A DNA stretch of 64,000 nucleotides from Macrostomum lignano (GCA_002269645.1 NIVC01000251.1:1-64000); one strand, 5' to 3'; positions 1-11,291 are shown, counted from the first letter of the stretch. A program made the numbers and translations. The notes: a model not told the origin generated them from the letters alone.

Positions 1-2283
1 GAGAAAGACGTTTCCATGTTTCGACGAGCCGGCATTCAAGGCCACGTTCGACATCAGCATTGTAAGAAAAAAGAGCTTCAAATCCATTAGCAACATGCCA
101 TCGAAGCGAGTTACCAAAGTCAGCTCGAGTGATTGGTTCAAAGAGATGAGCGACTCAGATCAGGTAGAGAAGGAGGACTTTGAGACCACTCCTATTATGT
201 CGACGTACATTCTGGCATTCATTGTGTCTCAGTTCGAATACATTGAAGACACGGATGCTCAGTTGCGAAAGTACCGCACTTGGATGAGACCTGAACTTCT
301 TAGTCTGTCTGAATTCTCCTTGGTCGCGCAGAAGAATTTCACGCAATTTTACGAGGCCTATTTTGGTGTTCCTTTCCCACTAAAGAAGATGGACCAAGCT
401 GCCGTTCCCGACTTCAACGCAGGTGCCATGGAGAACTGGGGACTCATTATCTATCGCGAAAGTCTTTTAGCATTTGACAGCCGAAAAGATAGGAGCTCAG
501 TTTACCAGCGCATTGGAAGTGTTATGAGCCACGAGTTTGCTCATATGTGGTTTGGAAATCTTGTAACTCCTGAATGGTGGGACGATCTTTGGCTCAATGA
601 AGGGTTTGCAAGTTTTGTTGAAAACATTGGACTGAACAATCTTCGCCCTGATTGGAACATGGATTCGCAATTTGTCGCGACAAAGCAAATGGCCGCATTA
701 GAAGTCGATTCGATGGGATCCAGCCACCCAATTTACGTCGAAGTACACAATCCAAATCAAATTAGTGAAATCTTTGACACGATCACGTACAGAAAAGGAG
801 CCACCGTTCTTCGCATGCTTCACGGCTTTGTCGGTGACGAGGTCTTCCGCAAGGGTGTCGGAAATTACTTGCGTCAGAACAGCTACGGAAACACATTCCA
901 CACCGCTCTCTATGACAGTCTTACCCAGCAGTACTCCGAGTCCACAAACAAGTCTCTCGACGTCGGCTTAGTGATGGATCGCTGGATCAAGCAGATGGGC
1001 TACCCCGTGCTCAACTGTTCCGTCTCGACTGCGGCTCGACGTCTTACACTGACGCAGAATCACTTTCTCAGTGACCCCAGTCAAGTTCCGAGCTACCCGA
1101 GCGACTACAACTACACGTGGATCATCCCTGTCACCATGGGAACCAAGCAGAACCTCACCTCGGGAACTCCTGAGGACGTGTCAGGCTTTGTGAACTGGAT
1201 GGCCGAGAAGGAGCAGTCCTTCGAACTCGACAACTCTGCTGACGACTGGTATCTGCTCAACCTTCGCTCGTCCGGCTTCTACAGAGTAAACTACGACTTG
1301 GACAACTGGAAGCGACTCATCGATCAGCTGGTCTCGAATCACACGGTGTTCAGTCCGCAAGACAGGGCTCGTCTGCTCGATGACAGCTTCGCTCTGGCCA
1401 GTGCTGGCTATCTGGACTACAGCATTCCGCTCAACATGACCAGGTACTTGAAGAGCGAGACGCACTATGTTCCGTGGTCGTCTGCTCTGTCGAAGATCGG
1501 CTACCTGCACTCAATGCTCCACCGACAGTCTCCCGAGTACGGACCGCTGAGTGCGTATATGCGAGACCTACTCGAGGGAGCCTTCAACGATGTCGGACTT
1601 GACAACAAGGACACGGACACCCACCTGACTAAGCTGAAGCGAGAGATTATTGTATGGTCAGCCTGTTTGTATAGATTGCCAAGTTGCAAAAATGCTGCTA
1701 AAGAAAAGTTTAGAGGGTTTGTGGCTTGAATGATATTGCGTTTATTCATCCTGAGATCAGGCGAAGAGTTTTTTGTGAAGAAGTTTCAACGCTATTGCTA
1801 AACGAGTGGGACGATTTTTTCGATTTCACTAAAACCGTGTCTCACCCAGGTACTCAAAATGACATGTTTCGTGGTCTCGCTTGCTCTAATGACCCATTGA
1901 TTCTCAATCGGTACCTTGAATTTGCAATGAACGAGAGCAAAGTGCGCAAGCAGGATATGGCTTATGTGTTTGCTAGCGTAGCGGCAAATCCTAAAGGTCT
2001 TGAAATTGTTTGGAACTATTTGCGGACCAACTGGAATACAGTGAAAAAGAAATTTCCCGGAGCTTTCACCACTTCATATTTTATAGAAATTCTTGGCGAT
2101 TTCAACAGCGAACATAAGTACGCGGAGTTGGTGGAATTCAAAGAGCGTCACAGAGGCAACTTTGGGTCGGCTAGCCGCGCAATGGACCAGACGCTGGAGA
2201 AAGTGCGTGTCAACATTGACTGGATGAAAACGAAACTGCCCCGCGTAAGAACTTGGCTTATTGAGAATGGGCAAGCTATATAA
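1..2283 (+). CDS. M1-family aminopeptidase N-like zinc metallopeptidase, 5'-partial, with a 1-nt frameshift near 1714-1729 (possible pseudogene or sequence error)
   Basis: The frame is open from base 2 (RKTFPCFDEPAFKATF..SNMP), so the gene begins before the window. It contains GAMENWG and HEFAH-x18-E (HEFAHMWFGNLVTPEWWDDLWLNEGFA) and YRKGA. ORF 1726-2283 continues the C-terminal ERAP1-like domain (FRGLAC, KVRKQD, WNYLRTNW, NIDWM) in the -1 frame. No intron is seen. Confidence 0.93.
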
Positions 2284-4055
2284 AGCTGGCTCATGCGGTG
2301 TCGCTCTTTTTTATAAATGGATTTATCTTTAATTTTGAATTCTCAATATCATTTGATTTTAAAATGAAGCCTTGTGTTATTACGGAACCCACATGATATT
2401 TTATCGCGGCTTTGGCCAATAAATAAATGAACTTCTTATAAATTAGGGTATTCTTCAATTTGCTTCATTAATTTAATAGCAGCCTGGCCTGTGCAAATGA
2501 ATATCAATGTAGTGTTTTAATTTTTCAATACAATTTTTTCCTTTTTTATTTTCAACAAAAATTACCAGCAGCGTCTAATGAATTAATTATTGCATAGAGC
2601 TAAACTTACAATAAATTCGAAGTGTGCTGAAAGGCGTGCTTTTGAGGAAAATAAGTCGTATTGTTAAGCAAGAGTTCACTCTAATAACAGCAAAGGTACC
2701 ATGTTTACGAGTATTCCTTAAACCCGTTAGTCAAACGTAGTCAAAATTTACTTTTGACTGAATGAAACGTAAGGTAAAATACGACTGTCTACCAAGTTTA
2801 TATATTTTTTATTTGTGCGCACGATCTGCGTTGCAATGGCGAAGACATATGCTGCTTAGATTGGCTGAGAACTAGACTTTTCAAATCAAAGAGTGGTCTT
2901 TCGTATTTTCATTCAAGTTTCACTCAGGTAGTGAGGGTTAATACACGGAACCAGTGGGGTTATTATAATATCAACCAGCTATGAAAGTATTTAACTAAAT
3001 GTATACTGTACCTAATTATAGATGCAAACGATATTCGGTATTTTTTATCGAAATAAATACAATTCAGCGAACGAAGCGGAGGAAAGAAGGCGAAGGTGAG
3101 GCAAGGGCGAGGGATACAAATGATGGCAGAAGAGCCAAACTCATAGGATAAACTAAACTCAATACGACAGTGATTAAAAACAGAGAGAAGAAAATGACGA
3201 ATAAAATCAAAGGGAGAACAAAAATTCTGCGTTCTAGAGCAAGACAAGTCAGCCGGGCAGAGCAGCAGCCGCGCAGCATATAAACACCACCAAAAGACTG
3301 GTTTTGGGCGGCTTTTCACATAAACAAGAGCCGCCCAAACCCATAGCGGCATGGTGTGCACAAAAGGTGCAGTACGTGATTACCAAAATAATAGCATTGC
3401 TTTTAGCCTGCCTTTGATTTTGACGCAGCAGTCAAATGTTTTGACATCTAAAATATTTGAATCTAAAAAATCAAGCATTCGTGATTTGTATTACTGGTGT
3501 AAAATTGCGTGCAGATAAGGGAAGATAAGGGAAAAAGGGCTATAGAGAACTGATCAACGCGTAGGTCGGAAATACTCGTTGGTGGAAAAGGAGCTATGAA
3601 GAAAATCAATTGCTCAAAATTGGCATATCAGACAGGTACGAAGTAGTTAAGATCAGGGTAAGACTTGACAAAGAGTTTTTTTTTCCAAACTATTTTTCTA
3701 TTTCTCTATATTTTTATGGTTCCCTATACTTCTCAATTTATAATATACTCGTATGTCTGTATTGTCTATACATTATCTATATTTTTAACTGTTCTAGTGT
3801 GCAAGCAAAAGTATAGGATGCTATAATGCATCGATTAAAACCAATCTATTAGCTGAAATCACAGTTAGTTGTTATAGTTTGCTATCGATTGAGAAGGTCA
3901 ATGAAGATATCAATTTATCTGTTAGCTATTTCTTGTTAGAAAGTTCGCTACGAAAACAACTTTCATCAAAACCTACATCTAAGCTAATCGTACTTTTAAA
4001 AAAATTATTTTCATTTTTAAAAAAAAACAGTACCGTTACACGAATAAGTTTAGAT

Positions 4056-6181
4056 TTACTTTTGATTATTCGATAATTCAGTGAGCTCATTCCATCTTCT
4101 TTTAAGCACGGCCTGTATAGTCGCAGGAATTTGGCTTGACTGTTGAACTAGTCTGTTGAAAATAAGCTTTGATTCGTGGATATCGGAAGCAAACATTGCG
4201 GCAGTCAATAGCTCCAGGTCATCTGCATCCTCTCGTTGAGTCACCTCCGCAATCTTACTTTGAAAGTCACCGATTGTTCGCAGCTCCAGATTTAGAGCAA
4301 GCATCAATGCTTCAAAGTTGATGAAGAAGCAACCCGGCTCATTCATCAACTGTAGAGGAAATAATGCTGCTAAGGTGACTGGCAGGAAACTGAATACCGG
4401 CCGTTCGTCGAACTGAAAGCAGAACTTCCACGTGGAGTCATGACTCCGCAGATATTGCCACACAACGTCAAAGTTTGCTGCTGCTGGCGGCTTCTCAGCC
4501 GACCAAGCGATGCCTCTGCTTACCGAGTGTCCTCGACAGTGACTCACGATCCTCTCCGCGGTTTTTTGGTAGCCGAACTTTATACAGGCCAGCGCTTTGA
4601 GAGCCTCTCTTGGAGTAAAGGCACAGTCAGGAAGTCTGCTGATTAACAGTGCAAGATTCTCTTGAGACTGCAGGGAGCAATCATCTTTGGTGAGACGCTG
4701 AAGGCACTCTCTCACTACGTCGTAGATTTCTTCATACTTTAGAGGATCAGATTTTACAGTCGATCTCGGGGTCAGATTTGGCAAAATTTGGAATGGGTGA
4801 AAGTGAAATCTACCTGACTCGTCTATTGGTGTCAGAGAGCCGATAAATTGCACAAGCAACTGCGGTAGCTCTTCAATCACAGCTTTCAAAGTGCCTAGAA
4901 TTCGGCTGAGAATCTGTTCAGAGTCATCACGATTGACGCCTTTGAGGTACAGGGCAGTATCGCTGAGAAAAAAATGCTCCATAATGCGACCATGAGCATT
5001 GTCCGGCTTGCAGTTGCTCTCAGCACTATCATGCAGCATCTGTAGAGCTCGCCTCACGAGAATCACGAGATTATCCGGTTTCCATTGCTCAGGGGGCGTC
5101 TCCCCAACCATTCGGAAAGTGATAGTCTTCACGTGATACGGCTTCACACCTTGCAAATTGAAGCCATCCGTATGGCAGATGACCTTCTTGACGAGGTATT
5201 TCAGGGTGACAAACAGTTGGCCTTGAAGAGTAGTAAGACTTCTAAGCATCCGTTTCTCCAGAAAGCTGGTGCTCACACGGAGCTCGTAACCTCCTTGTCC
5301 GGGAGAGGCTGCGTTGACTACGTGACATGGAGAAAAATAATTGGAAGAGACGTCATCTTGCAATGAGCTGAGTACAAATTTGGGGATGTGCGATTTGGAA
5401 ATCCTTTGCTGCTGAAGCGGAGCAATGGTAGGGTAGCAGCAGAGACGCGCTGCATCAACTTGGTCTAAGGCTGGTCTTAGAGCTGTTCCATAGGATGGCA
5501 GAGCTGGGTTGGATGCTGCAATTTATAATGCAGATATTTTTATTGTTCAGGTTTTTTCTACAATTTTAAATGTAAACTTATGCTATATTCATACTACATG
5601 TAGTAGAAATTCGGCGCTAGAAATAAGAAAGACGTTTCGCGCTTGTAACTCCACTAAGTGGAAACTCTCAAGCTGTTTTGAACTCCACTTTTATGCTGCT
5701 ACGCAAAACTCTCTCGATGTCATTTAGAATCTTAAAAGTACAGCACAAATTAGTACAAATTAATTAATATTTTTCTGAACCTGGTAGAAATTTTCATTAA
5801 ATTGATAGTAAAAGATAAAGCAAAGTTTTCTTACCGAACCCGGGGGCATTGATGTGACCGTTTTCGTACGCCTGCTTAACGATGGTGGCATCATCGCACT
5901 GACAAAAACCAAGTGGGTGATGCAATCGGCCCGAAAGAAGTGTCATTACGTCTATGTCGGATTGGATGTCAGTTCTCCCGTCTAGACACTGTAGATTGTT
6001 GCCCCAGCCTTCGGAGAAACTGCCAACAACGAAAATGTCATCATTGTTTAATCGTTTTCGAAGTACGTCCTGTAAGACGTCGGCAGCTGCCATTTGCAGC
6101 TTGGCTCGAGACTCCACGAATCCTGACTCAGTGAGAGCCGAATGCAACTTTTGGCTCAGTGTTTGGTCGCTTGAAGCGGCC
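4056..6181 (-). CDS. Exons 2-3: cGAS/Mab-21-like nucleotidyltransferase plus an unknown C-terminal helical region
   Basis: NTase motif VVGSFSEG...SDIDV, then DQVDA (DxVxA third acidic position), ELRVSTSFLEKRML, TLKYLVK, VKPYHVKTITF, PPEQW and MEHFFL. This order matches the Mab-21/cGLR fold. Confidence 0.88.
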
Positions 6182-8169
6182 CTGAAAAAATTTTTCACGT
6201 TTGTGTGCAAAATTTTCAATTTTCACAAACTTTCAGGGACACTACTAATGAGCACCATAAGCTAACCCATCTAATCATTTTAGCTACCTTCCTTTCAAGA
6301 GGCTAATTTGCTTTCACCAATATCCTTTATTTCAACTACAAAAAAATTCAATATTTTGTGCACTTTTGTCTTCAGTAGAAAAACTTTTAATCAGTTTACA
6401 TGTTTTACTTACGAAAAAGCCAGCTCATGGACTCCACATCTTTGACCTTGTTCATCAAGAACCATCTCTTTGTTGACTTCAGATTGGGCTTTCAATAGCA
6501 AGTCCACAACTCTCTGATGGTTGTTCTTCGACGCGACATGGAGAGGAGAGAATCCATTATAAGTTTGAATCTTAATATCTGCGCGAGCTTTAAGAAGCGA
6601 GTCCACAATCTGGTGGTAGCCGTTCTGCGATGCAATATAAAGAGGAGTAGAACCTTCGACTTTCTCTTGTATATTGATCTCAGCTCCTGCTCGAATGAGT
6701 GTATTGACAATTCCAAGATGACCACCTTGCGTGGCTATGTGCAGAGGCGAAGAACCATTGGCTTTCTCCAAAAGGTTGACATTGGCATTCGCTCTAATAA
6801 GAGACTTTACAACTTGGTCATGCCCATTTTGTGACGCAACATACAGCGGCGTATATCCATCATTTTCCTGGAGATTAACGTCGGCTTGGGCTTTAATAAG
6901 CGAGTTAACGACTTCTAAATGACCATTTTCTGCAGAAACGTAAAGAGAAGAAAAACCGCGAACTTCTTGAAGATTGACATCAGCTTGCGCATCGATGAGT
7001 GAGTCAACAATTCGAAGATGACCTTGGCGTGAAGCAATGAATATCGGTGTGCAGCCGTCAACTGACTGAAGATTAACGTCAGATTGCGCTTTGATGAGTT
7101 CTAGCGTGACTTGTAAATGGCCATTTTGTGCTGCAAGGAACAAAGGTGACTCGCCAGTTACTTGCTGGAGATTTACATCGGCTTTTGCATTGATGAGTAA
7201 GGCTACAACTTTATGGTGACCATTCTGCGATGCAATAAGGAGTGGCGATCCGCCTCTAATTTCTTGCTGATTTACATCTGCTTCCGCCTTGATAAGCGAG
7301 GAAACAACTTGGGGGTGTCCCTTTTGAGCCGCAATGCAAAGTGGGGAGAAGCCCCGCTTTGTTTGAAGATTAACTTCGACTTCGGAGTTGATAAGTAAAT
7401 CTACTATTTGATGATGCCCATTTTGAGCTGCAATATAAAGTGGAGTAGATCCATTGACACTCTCCTGAAGATTAGTATTGGCTCGAGCATTAATGAGTGA
7501 TTTGACAATTTGATAATAGCCATTCTCGCAGGCAATGTATAATGGTGAGGCTCCACTACACCGTTCGAGATTAACATCTGCCTTTGCTTTGATGAGCGCA
7601 TTAACCACGTGCAAATGGCCGTTTTGTGACGAACTGTAGAGCGGAGAGCAGCCATTCTTCTGCTCTTGTGAGTCAACATTAGCAAATGATTTAATAAGTT
7701 CTTTAACAACTGAAAGGTGACCGTTCTGCGCCGCAACCCAAAGAGGTGCGGAGCAATAAATTTCGTCTTTTATATTGACATCGGCTTGTGCTTTGACGAG
7801 TAGTTCTACAATTTTTTGATGGCCTGCTTCCGAAGCAAAGTGTAAGGGAGATATTCCACTGCCGCTTCGAATATCCACGTCCACTTGTTGTCTTATGAAA
7901 ATCTCTACGATACTGATATTCCCTACCATGGATGCCAGATGCAAAGGTGAAATTGTTTTTCCGTTCCATAAAATTTGCCGATTGATGTTTTGCGCTGACT
8001 GCAGGTAGCGACAGATGACTTCCACGTCGCCTGTCTTTGCGGCCAAAAGAACCTCACGGTCACTAATGAGTGCGCTACGATGCAACTGCTCTGCGTTGCC
8101 AAAAGGCTGCATTAGAAGCAGCACTAAATTTCTCATAATAGTGAACAGCGAACCTAAGTCGCCGTCCAT
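4056..8169 (-). CDS. Ankyrin-repeat / cGAS-like (Mab-21, cGLR) nucleotidyltransferase fusion protein, 3 exons, about 1,187 aa
   Basis: Splice model on the minus strand: exon 8169-6413 (donor TC|GTAAGT, phase 2), exon 6181-5835 (acceptor TTTTTTCAG|, donor G|GTAAGA, phase 1), exon 5515-4056 (acceptor TTGCAG|). Lengths 1757+347+1460=3564 nt with no internal stop. ATG at 8169. Confidence 0.85.
6413..8169 (-). CDS. Exon 1: about 16 tandem ankyrin repeats
   Basis: Repeated 33-34 aa units such as SPLYIAAQNGHxQIVxxLIxAxADVNLQ. The ORF stop codon lies inside a consensus GTAAGT donor. Confidence 0.95.
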
Positions 8170-8502
8170 TACCGTTGCAAGTTGCTAAATCTTTTTTTCA
8201 GGCAGGAAAATAGTCAAGTCAGCGAGTGAGAGAATCAGTTATTTTGCTACGAATATATAGCGACTTATCTTATCATTTGAGTTGCAAGCTAATTTATTGG
8301 TGTACAGTGTTACTTGTACGCTTTAGACTTACAGAGCAAGGTCAGTCCTTGCTGTACAATAGGTTTTAACTGGATTAAAACTACAGAACAAATTTGACTA
8401 AGCACGTTTTTATCTGTCTCTATCAAGCAAAAATCTGTAACAAACAGCTGGTGTTAGCATCAGTATGAAGCCATAACTACGGCATGTAGGAAAGTAGTAT
8501 AA

Positions 8503-8706
8503 ATTGACTTGTATTGACTTGTATTAGTCGCAACGCACATCCTCAATTACCCCAGCTAATGCTGGCACCCATTTACAGCTGGGTGAACTGAAGCAATGCA
8601 AAGTTAAGTTTCTTGCTCAAGGGCACAAATTGTTCCAGTGGGATCGGGGATCGAACACCCGACCTGCAAGTCGTGAGTCTGACGCTCTAACCACTAGGCT
8701 ACAACC
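8503..8706 (-). mobile_element. tRNA-derived CORE-type (MIR-like) SINE
   Basis: The minus strand starts GGTTGTAGCCTAGTGGTTAGAGC (A box) ... GGTGTTCGATCC (B box). The central block (plus strand CCCATTTACAGCTGGGTGAACTG..AAGTTAAGTTTCTTGCTCAAGGGCAC) resembles the CORE domain. The tail is a short tandem repeat (ATTGACTTGT). Confidence 0.75.
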
Positions 8707-8769
8707 TACGAGTATTAAGATGCTATTTATTGAAACTTAAAAAAGACTAGGAACTCTTTGAAAGCTATG

Positions 8770-8975
8770 TTGGCATTCTTACGTTTGATTTAGCGTCACG
8801 TAACTGATATCCCGCAGGGAGACTCCAGCCACATTAAACTCGGTTGCCAATGTCTATTGAAGGCAATTTCCAGTATAGGCTTTGTTATGTTGGCCGCTCC
8901 TGAGATAGCACGCATCAAGTTTTCGAGTGTTTTGATGCCGAGCACCTGCTTAGCAAAATACCGGAAGGTCGGCTA
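8770..8975 (-). pseudogene. Degenerate Crypton-type tyrosine recombinase fragment
   Basis: My translation gives RYFAKQVLGIKTLENLMRAISGAANITK, then after a frameshift YTGNCLQ*TLATEFNVAGVSLRDISYVT. This resembles the YR/DUF3504 segment 'F..Q.LG..TL..LM..IS..A....YT.H.LR.T..T....AG....I'. Confidence 0.55.
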
Positions 8976-9101
8976 GCCCCCGCTCTCTAGGACGTCTTGC
9001 CCTGCATGACCGCCTTGCGTTGAATGCGCTCGCTAATCTCGGTGGGCAGAACGTTCAACTGATTATTCCTGAAATTTACGGTAATCCATTTTAAGCTACT
9101 C

Positions 9102-9441
9102 GAATGCACCCTACGAGCTATACTCGTATTTGATAAATGTATGCTACAGAGGCAGAAGTGAAACTCAAATAGCTAACGGCAGAGTGTCTTCATGAAAAAG
9201 AATTAAAGCATCATCTACATGTAGCTAGCCATGCTCTTCTTTTTTGCGCGCTATCGTCTTTAATATATCAATTTTCTCGTTTGTAGACGTTCTTGCAATT
9301 TTATTTTACTGTTTAGCTCTGGAAAAGTTTACGCACAGGGCGATATATTGTATTTTACATCATTAGCCAGAGCTTTTGTTGTCAAAATGGTTTCTGTCTT
9401 GGGTAGTGCCTTTGGCAGCACTGCTGGGTTATCTAGTTTTT
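9102..9441 (+). repeat. 340-bp direct duplication, copy 1
   Basis: GAATGCACCCTACGAGC...ATCTAGTTTTT reads as identical to 11292-11631 (offset 2190). Confidence 0.95.
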
Positions 9442-10972
9442 GATCACCGACCACAAGCCGCTGGTATCCCTGTTCAGCCCGGGGTCGCGGCCGCCGCCCC
9501 GCATTGAGCGCATGGCGCTGCGACTGCAAGACCTGGTCTTCCAAGTGGTTTATCAACCCGGAGCCGGCAATCCGTCCGACGTCCTGAGCCGCCAGCCGCT
9601 GCCAATGCCGCCGAACAACGTCGGTGAGCAGGCGGATGCGATCTACGTGGCCACGGCAGTGCGGGCGGCCACCCCGGTGTCCATCAGCCTGACCATCATC
9701 AAGGCCGCCTCCGACCAAGATTCCACCGTCCAAGCAGCTCTGCACGCCATCCGCGGGAACCAGTGGGACAAGAGCGACACGAGCCTACAGGGACTGCACG
9801 GCGTGGCCCACGAGTTGTCCGAGCTGGACGGCCTGCTGCTGTGCCGCAGCCAACTGTACATGCCGACGGCTCTGCGGTACCGGTGCCTGCAGCTGGCCCA
9901 CCAGGGCCACCAGGGCGTCAGAAAAACGCTGGACCGCCTACAACCGAAGGTTTGGTGGCCCGGCATGCGAGCATCCGTAGAAGCGCACGTGGCAGCCTGC
10001 ATCAGCTGCCAGGCCTGCACCCGCGAGACCGCGCCGAAATCCACGCCACTCAAGCCGACCGAACTACCGGAGGGCCCCTGGCTCGAGCTGGGGCTGGACT
10101 TCCTCGGACCGGTAAGCGGCAAGTCGCTGCTCGTCTGCACGGACCACTTCTCCAGGTTCCCGCTCGTGGAGGTCATGCCCAGCACCACCGCCTCCGCCGT
10201 CACCAAGGTGCTGCGCCGGTGGTTCAGCATCTTCGGGCAGCCGACGAAGGTAACTACAGACAACGGCCCACCCTTCGCATCGGCCGAGTTCAGCAGCTTC
10301 CTGGCGGACCAGGGCGCCCGGCACCATCGAATCACGCCTCTCTACCCTCAGGCCAACGGCGCAACGGAGCGGTGCAACCAGGGGCTGAACAAGGCTTTTC
10401 GCGCGGCGGTCCTCGAAGGTCGGGACTGGACGCTGGCCTTGGACGAATACCTGGCAGCGTACAGGCGCACTCCACACTGCGCCACAGGCGTCGCACCGGC
10501 TAGTCTGCTATTTGGCAGGCAAATCAACGACGTGATCCCGAGCCTCCAACACTCGCAGCCCATCGACGCGACAAGAGCGGCCATCGCCGACCGCGACCGC
10601 CAGGCCAAAGAGGAGATGAAGCGGCTCGCCGACCAACGCTCCAGGGCAGCAGACCACGCCATCCGTCCGGGCGACCGCGTCCTGAGGCGTCTGCAATCCC
10701 GGCAGAAGACCGACGCCTTCTACGAGCCAGTGCCATGGACCGTGGCCGAGGTCCAGGGCGACTCCCTGCTCATGCAGCGCGACGAGGTCGTCTGCCGCAG
10801 GCACGCTACGCAGGTCAAGCGGCTGTCCGAGCAGCCTAAGCAGTCCGAAGGGCAGCCGCTCCAGCCGCCTGGCCCCCCTGAGCCCACGGAGCCGATCGCT
10901 GCCCGGCCGCATACCCGGCAAGCAAAGGACCCGGAGAGGAACTACAAAGAGCCCGACCTGCGCAGAAGCTGA
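9440..10972 (+). CDS. Gypsy pol fragment (RNase H C-terminus plus integrase), uninterrupted
   Basis: 510-aa ORF with all integrase motifs and no stop or frameshift. It lacks a natural start. Confidence 0.9.
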   Translation: MITDHKPLVSLFSPGSRPPPRIERMALRLQDLVFQVVYQPGAGNPSDVLSRQPLPMPPNNVGEQADAIYVATAVRAATPVSISLTIIKAASDQDSTVQAALHAIRGNQWDKSDTSLQGLHGVAHELSELDGLLLCRSQLYMPTALRYRCLQLAHQGHQGVRKTLDRLQPKVWWPGMRASVEAHVAACISCQACTRETAPKSTPLKPTELPEGPWLELGLDFLGPVSGKSLLVCTDHFSRFPLVEVMPSTTASAVTKVLRRWFSIFGQPTKVTTDNGPPFASAEFSSFLADQGARHHRITPLYPQANGATERCNQGLNKAFRAAVLEGRDWTLALDEYLAAYRRTPHCATGVAPASLLFGRQINDVIPSLQHSQPIDATRAAIADRDRQAKEEMKRLADQRSRAADHAIRPGDRVLRRLQSRQKTDAFYEPVPWTVAEVQGDSLLMQRDEVVCRRHATQVKRLSEQPKQSEGQPLQPPGPPEPTEPIAARPHTRQAKDPERNYKEPDLRRS

Positions 10973-11291
10973 TTGACTTGATTGATTGACTGTCTCTCAA
11001 ATGGACTGCACATGCATGAACTGTTAGTCACTTTTTATGGTTCCCTTTGTGTTTTCACCGTTACTTTTAATCCACTCGAGGAGGAATGTAATGCCGCTCT
11101 GGCCAGTACTAGCTTGTACATTGTATTAGCACGTACATGTCGCTACTCAACTTATGTACGTAAGGCACGCGGCTCAATTGTGCACGTTGCAATCAGATCG
11201 CTTCCAAATATAAATATCGTCTCACCCTACTTGGAGGGTTAAGGCTTTTTCTCGCACGCCACAAACACTGCCTGACTCCTGAGTCATTACA
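9442..11291 (+). mobile_element. 5'-truncated Ty3/Gypsy LTR retrotransposon (end of RNase H, integrase, PPT, 3' LTR)
   Basis: Begins abruptly at ITDHKPL (RNase H). Contains the HHCC zinc finger (HQGHQG..C..C), DDE core (LGLDF, TTDNGPPF, NGATER) and a GPY/F-like region. The PPT GAGGAGGAA precedes an LTR at 11087-11291 with TGTAATG...CATTACA ends. Visibly GC-rich. Confidence 0.93.
11087..11291 (+). repeat. 3' LTR (205 bp)
   Basis: TG...CA ends with a 7-bp terminal inverted repeat, directly after a polypurine tract. TATA-like ATATAAAT near 11206. Confidence 0.85.

Noticed and set aside
1715-1721. GGGTTTG as a -1 programmed ribosomal frameshift site in the aminopeptidase
   Set aside because: The zero frame reads GGG TTT G, which is the wrong phase for an X XXY YYZ slippery heptamer, and no downstream structure is evident. 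An indel is simpler.
5797-6219. Independent 140-aa gene
   Set aside because: It has no ATG (starts at TTG after a stop) and has good acceptor and donor sites; it is exon 2 of the ANK-cGLR gene.
9329-10921. Overlapping antisense and alternative-frame ORFs in the Gypsy fragment
   Set aside because: Expected shadow ORFs of very GC-rich coding DNA.
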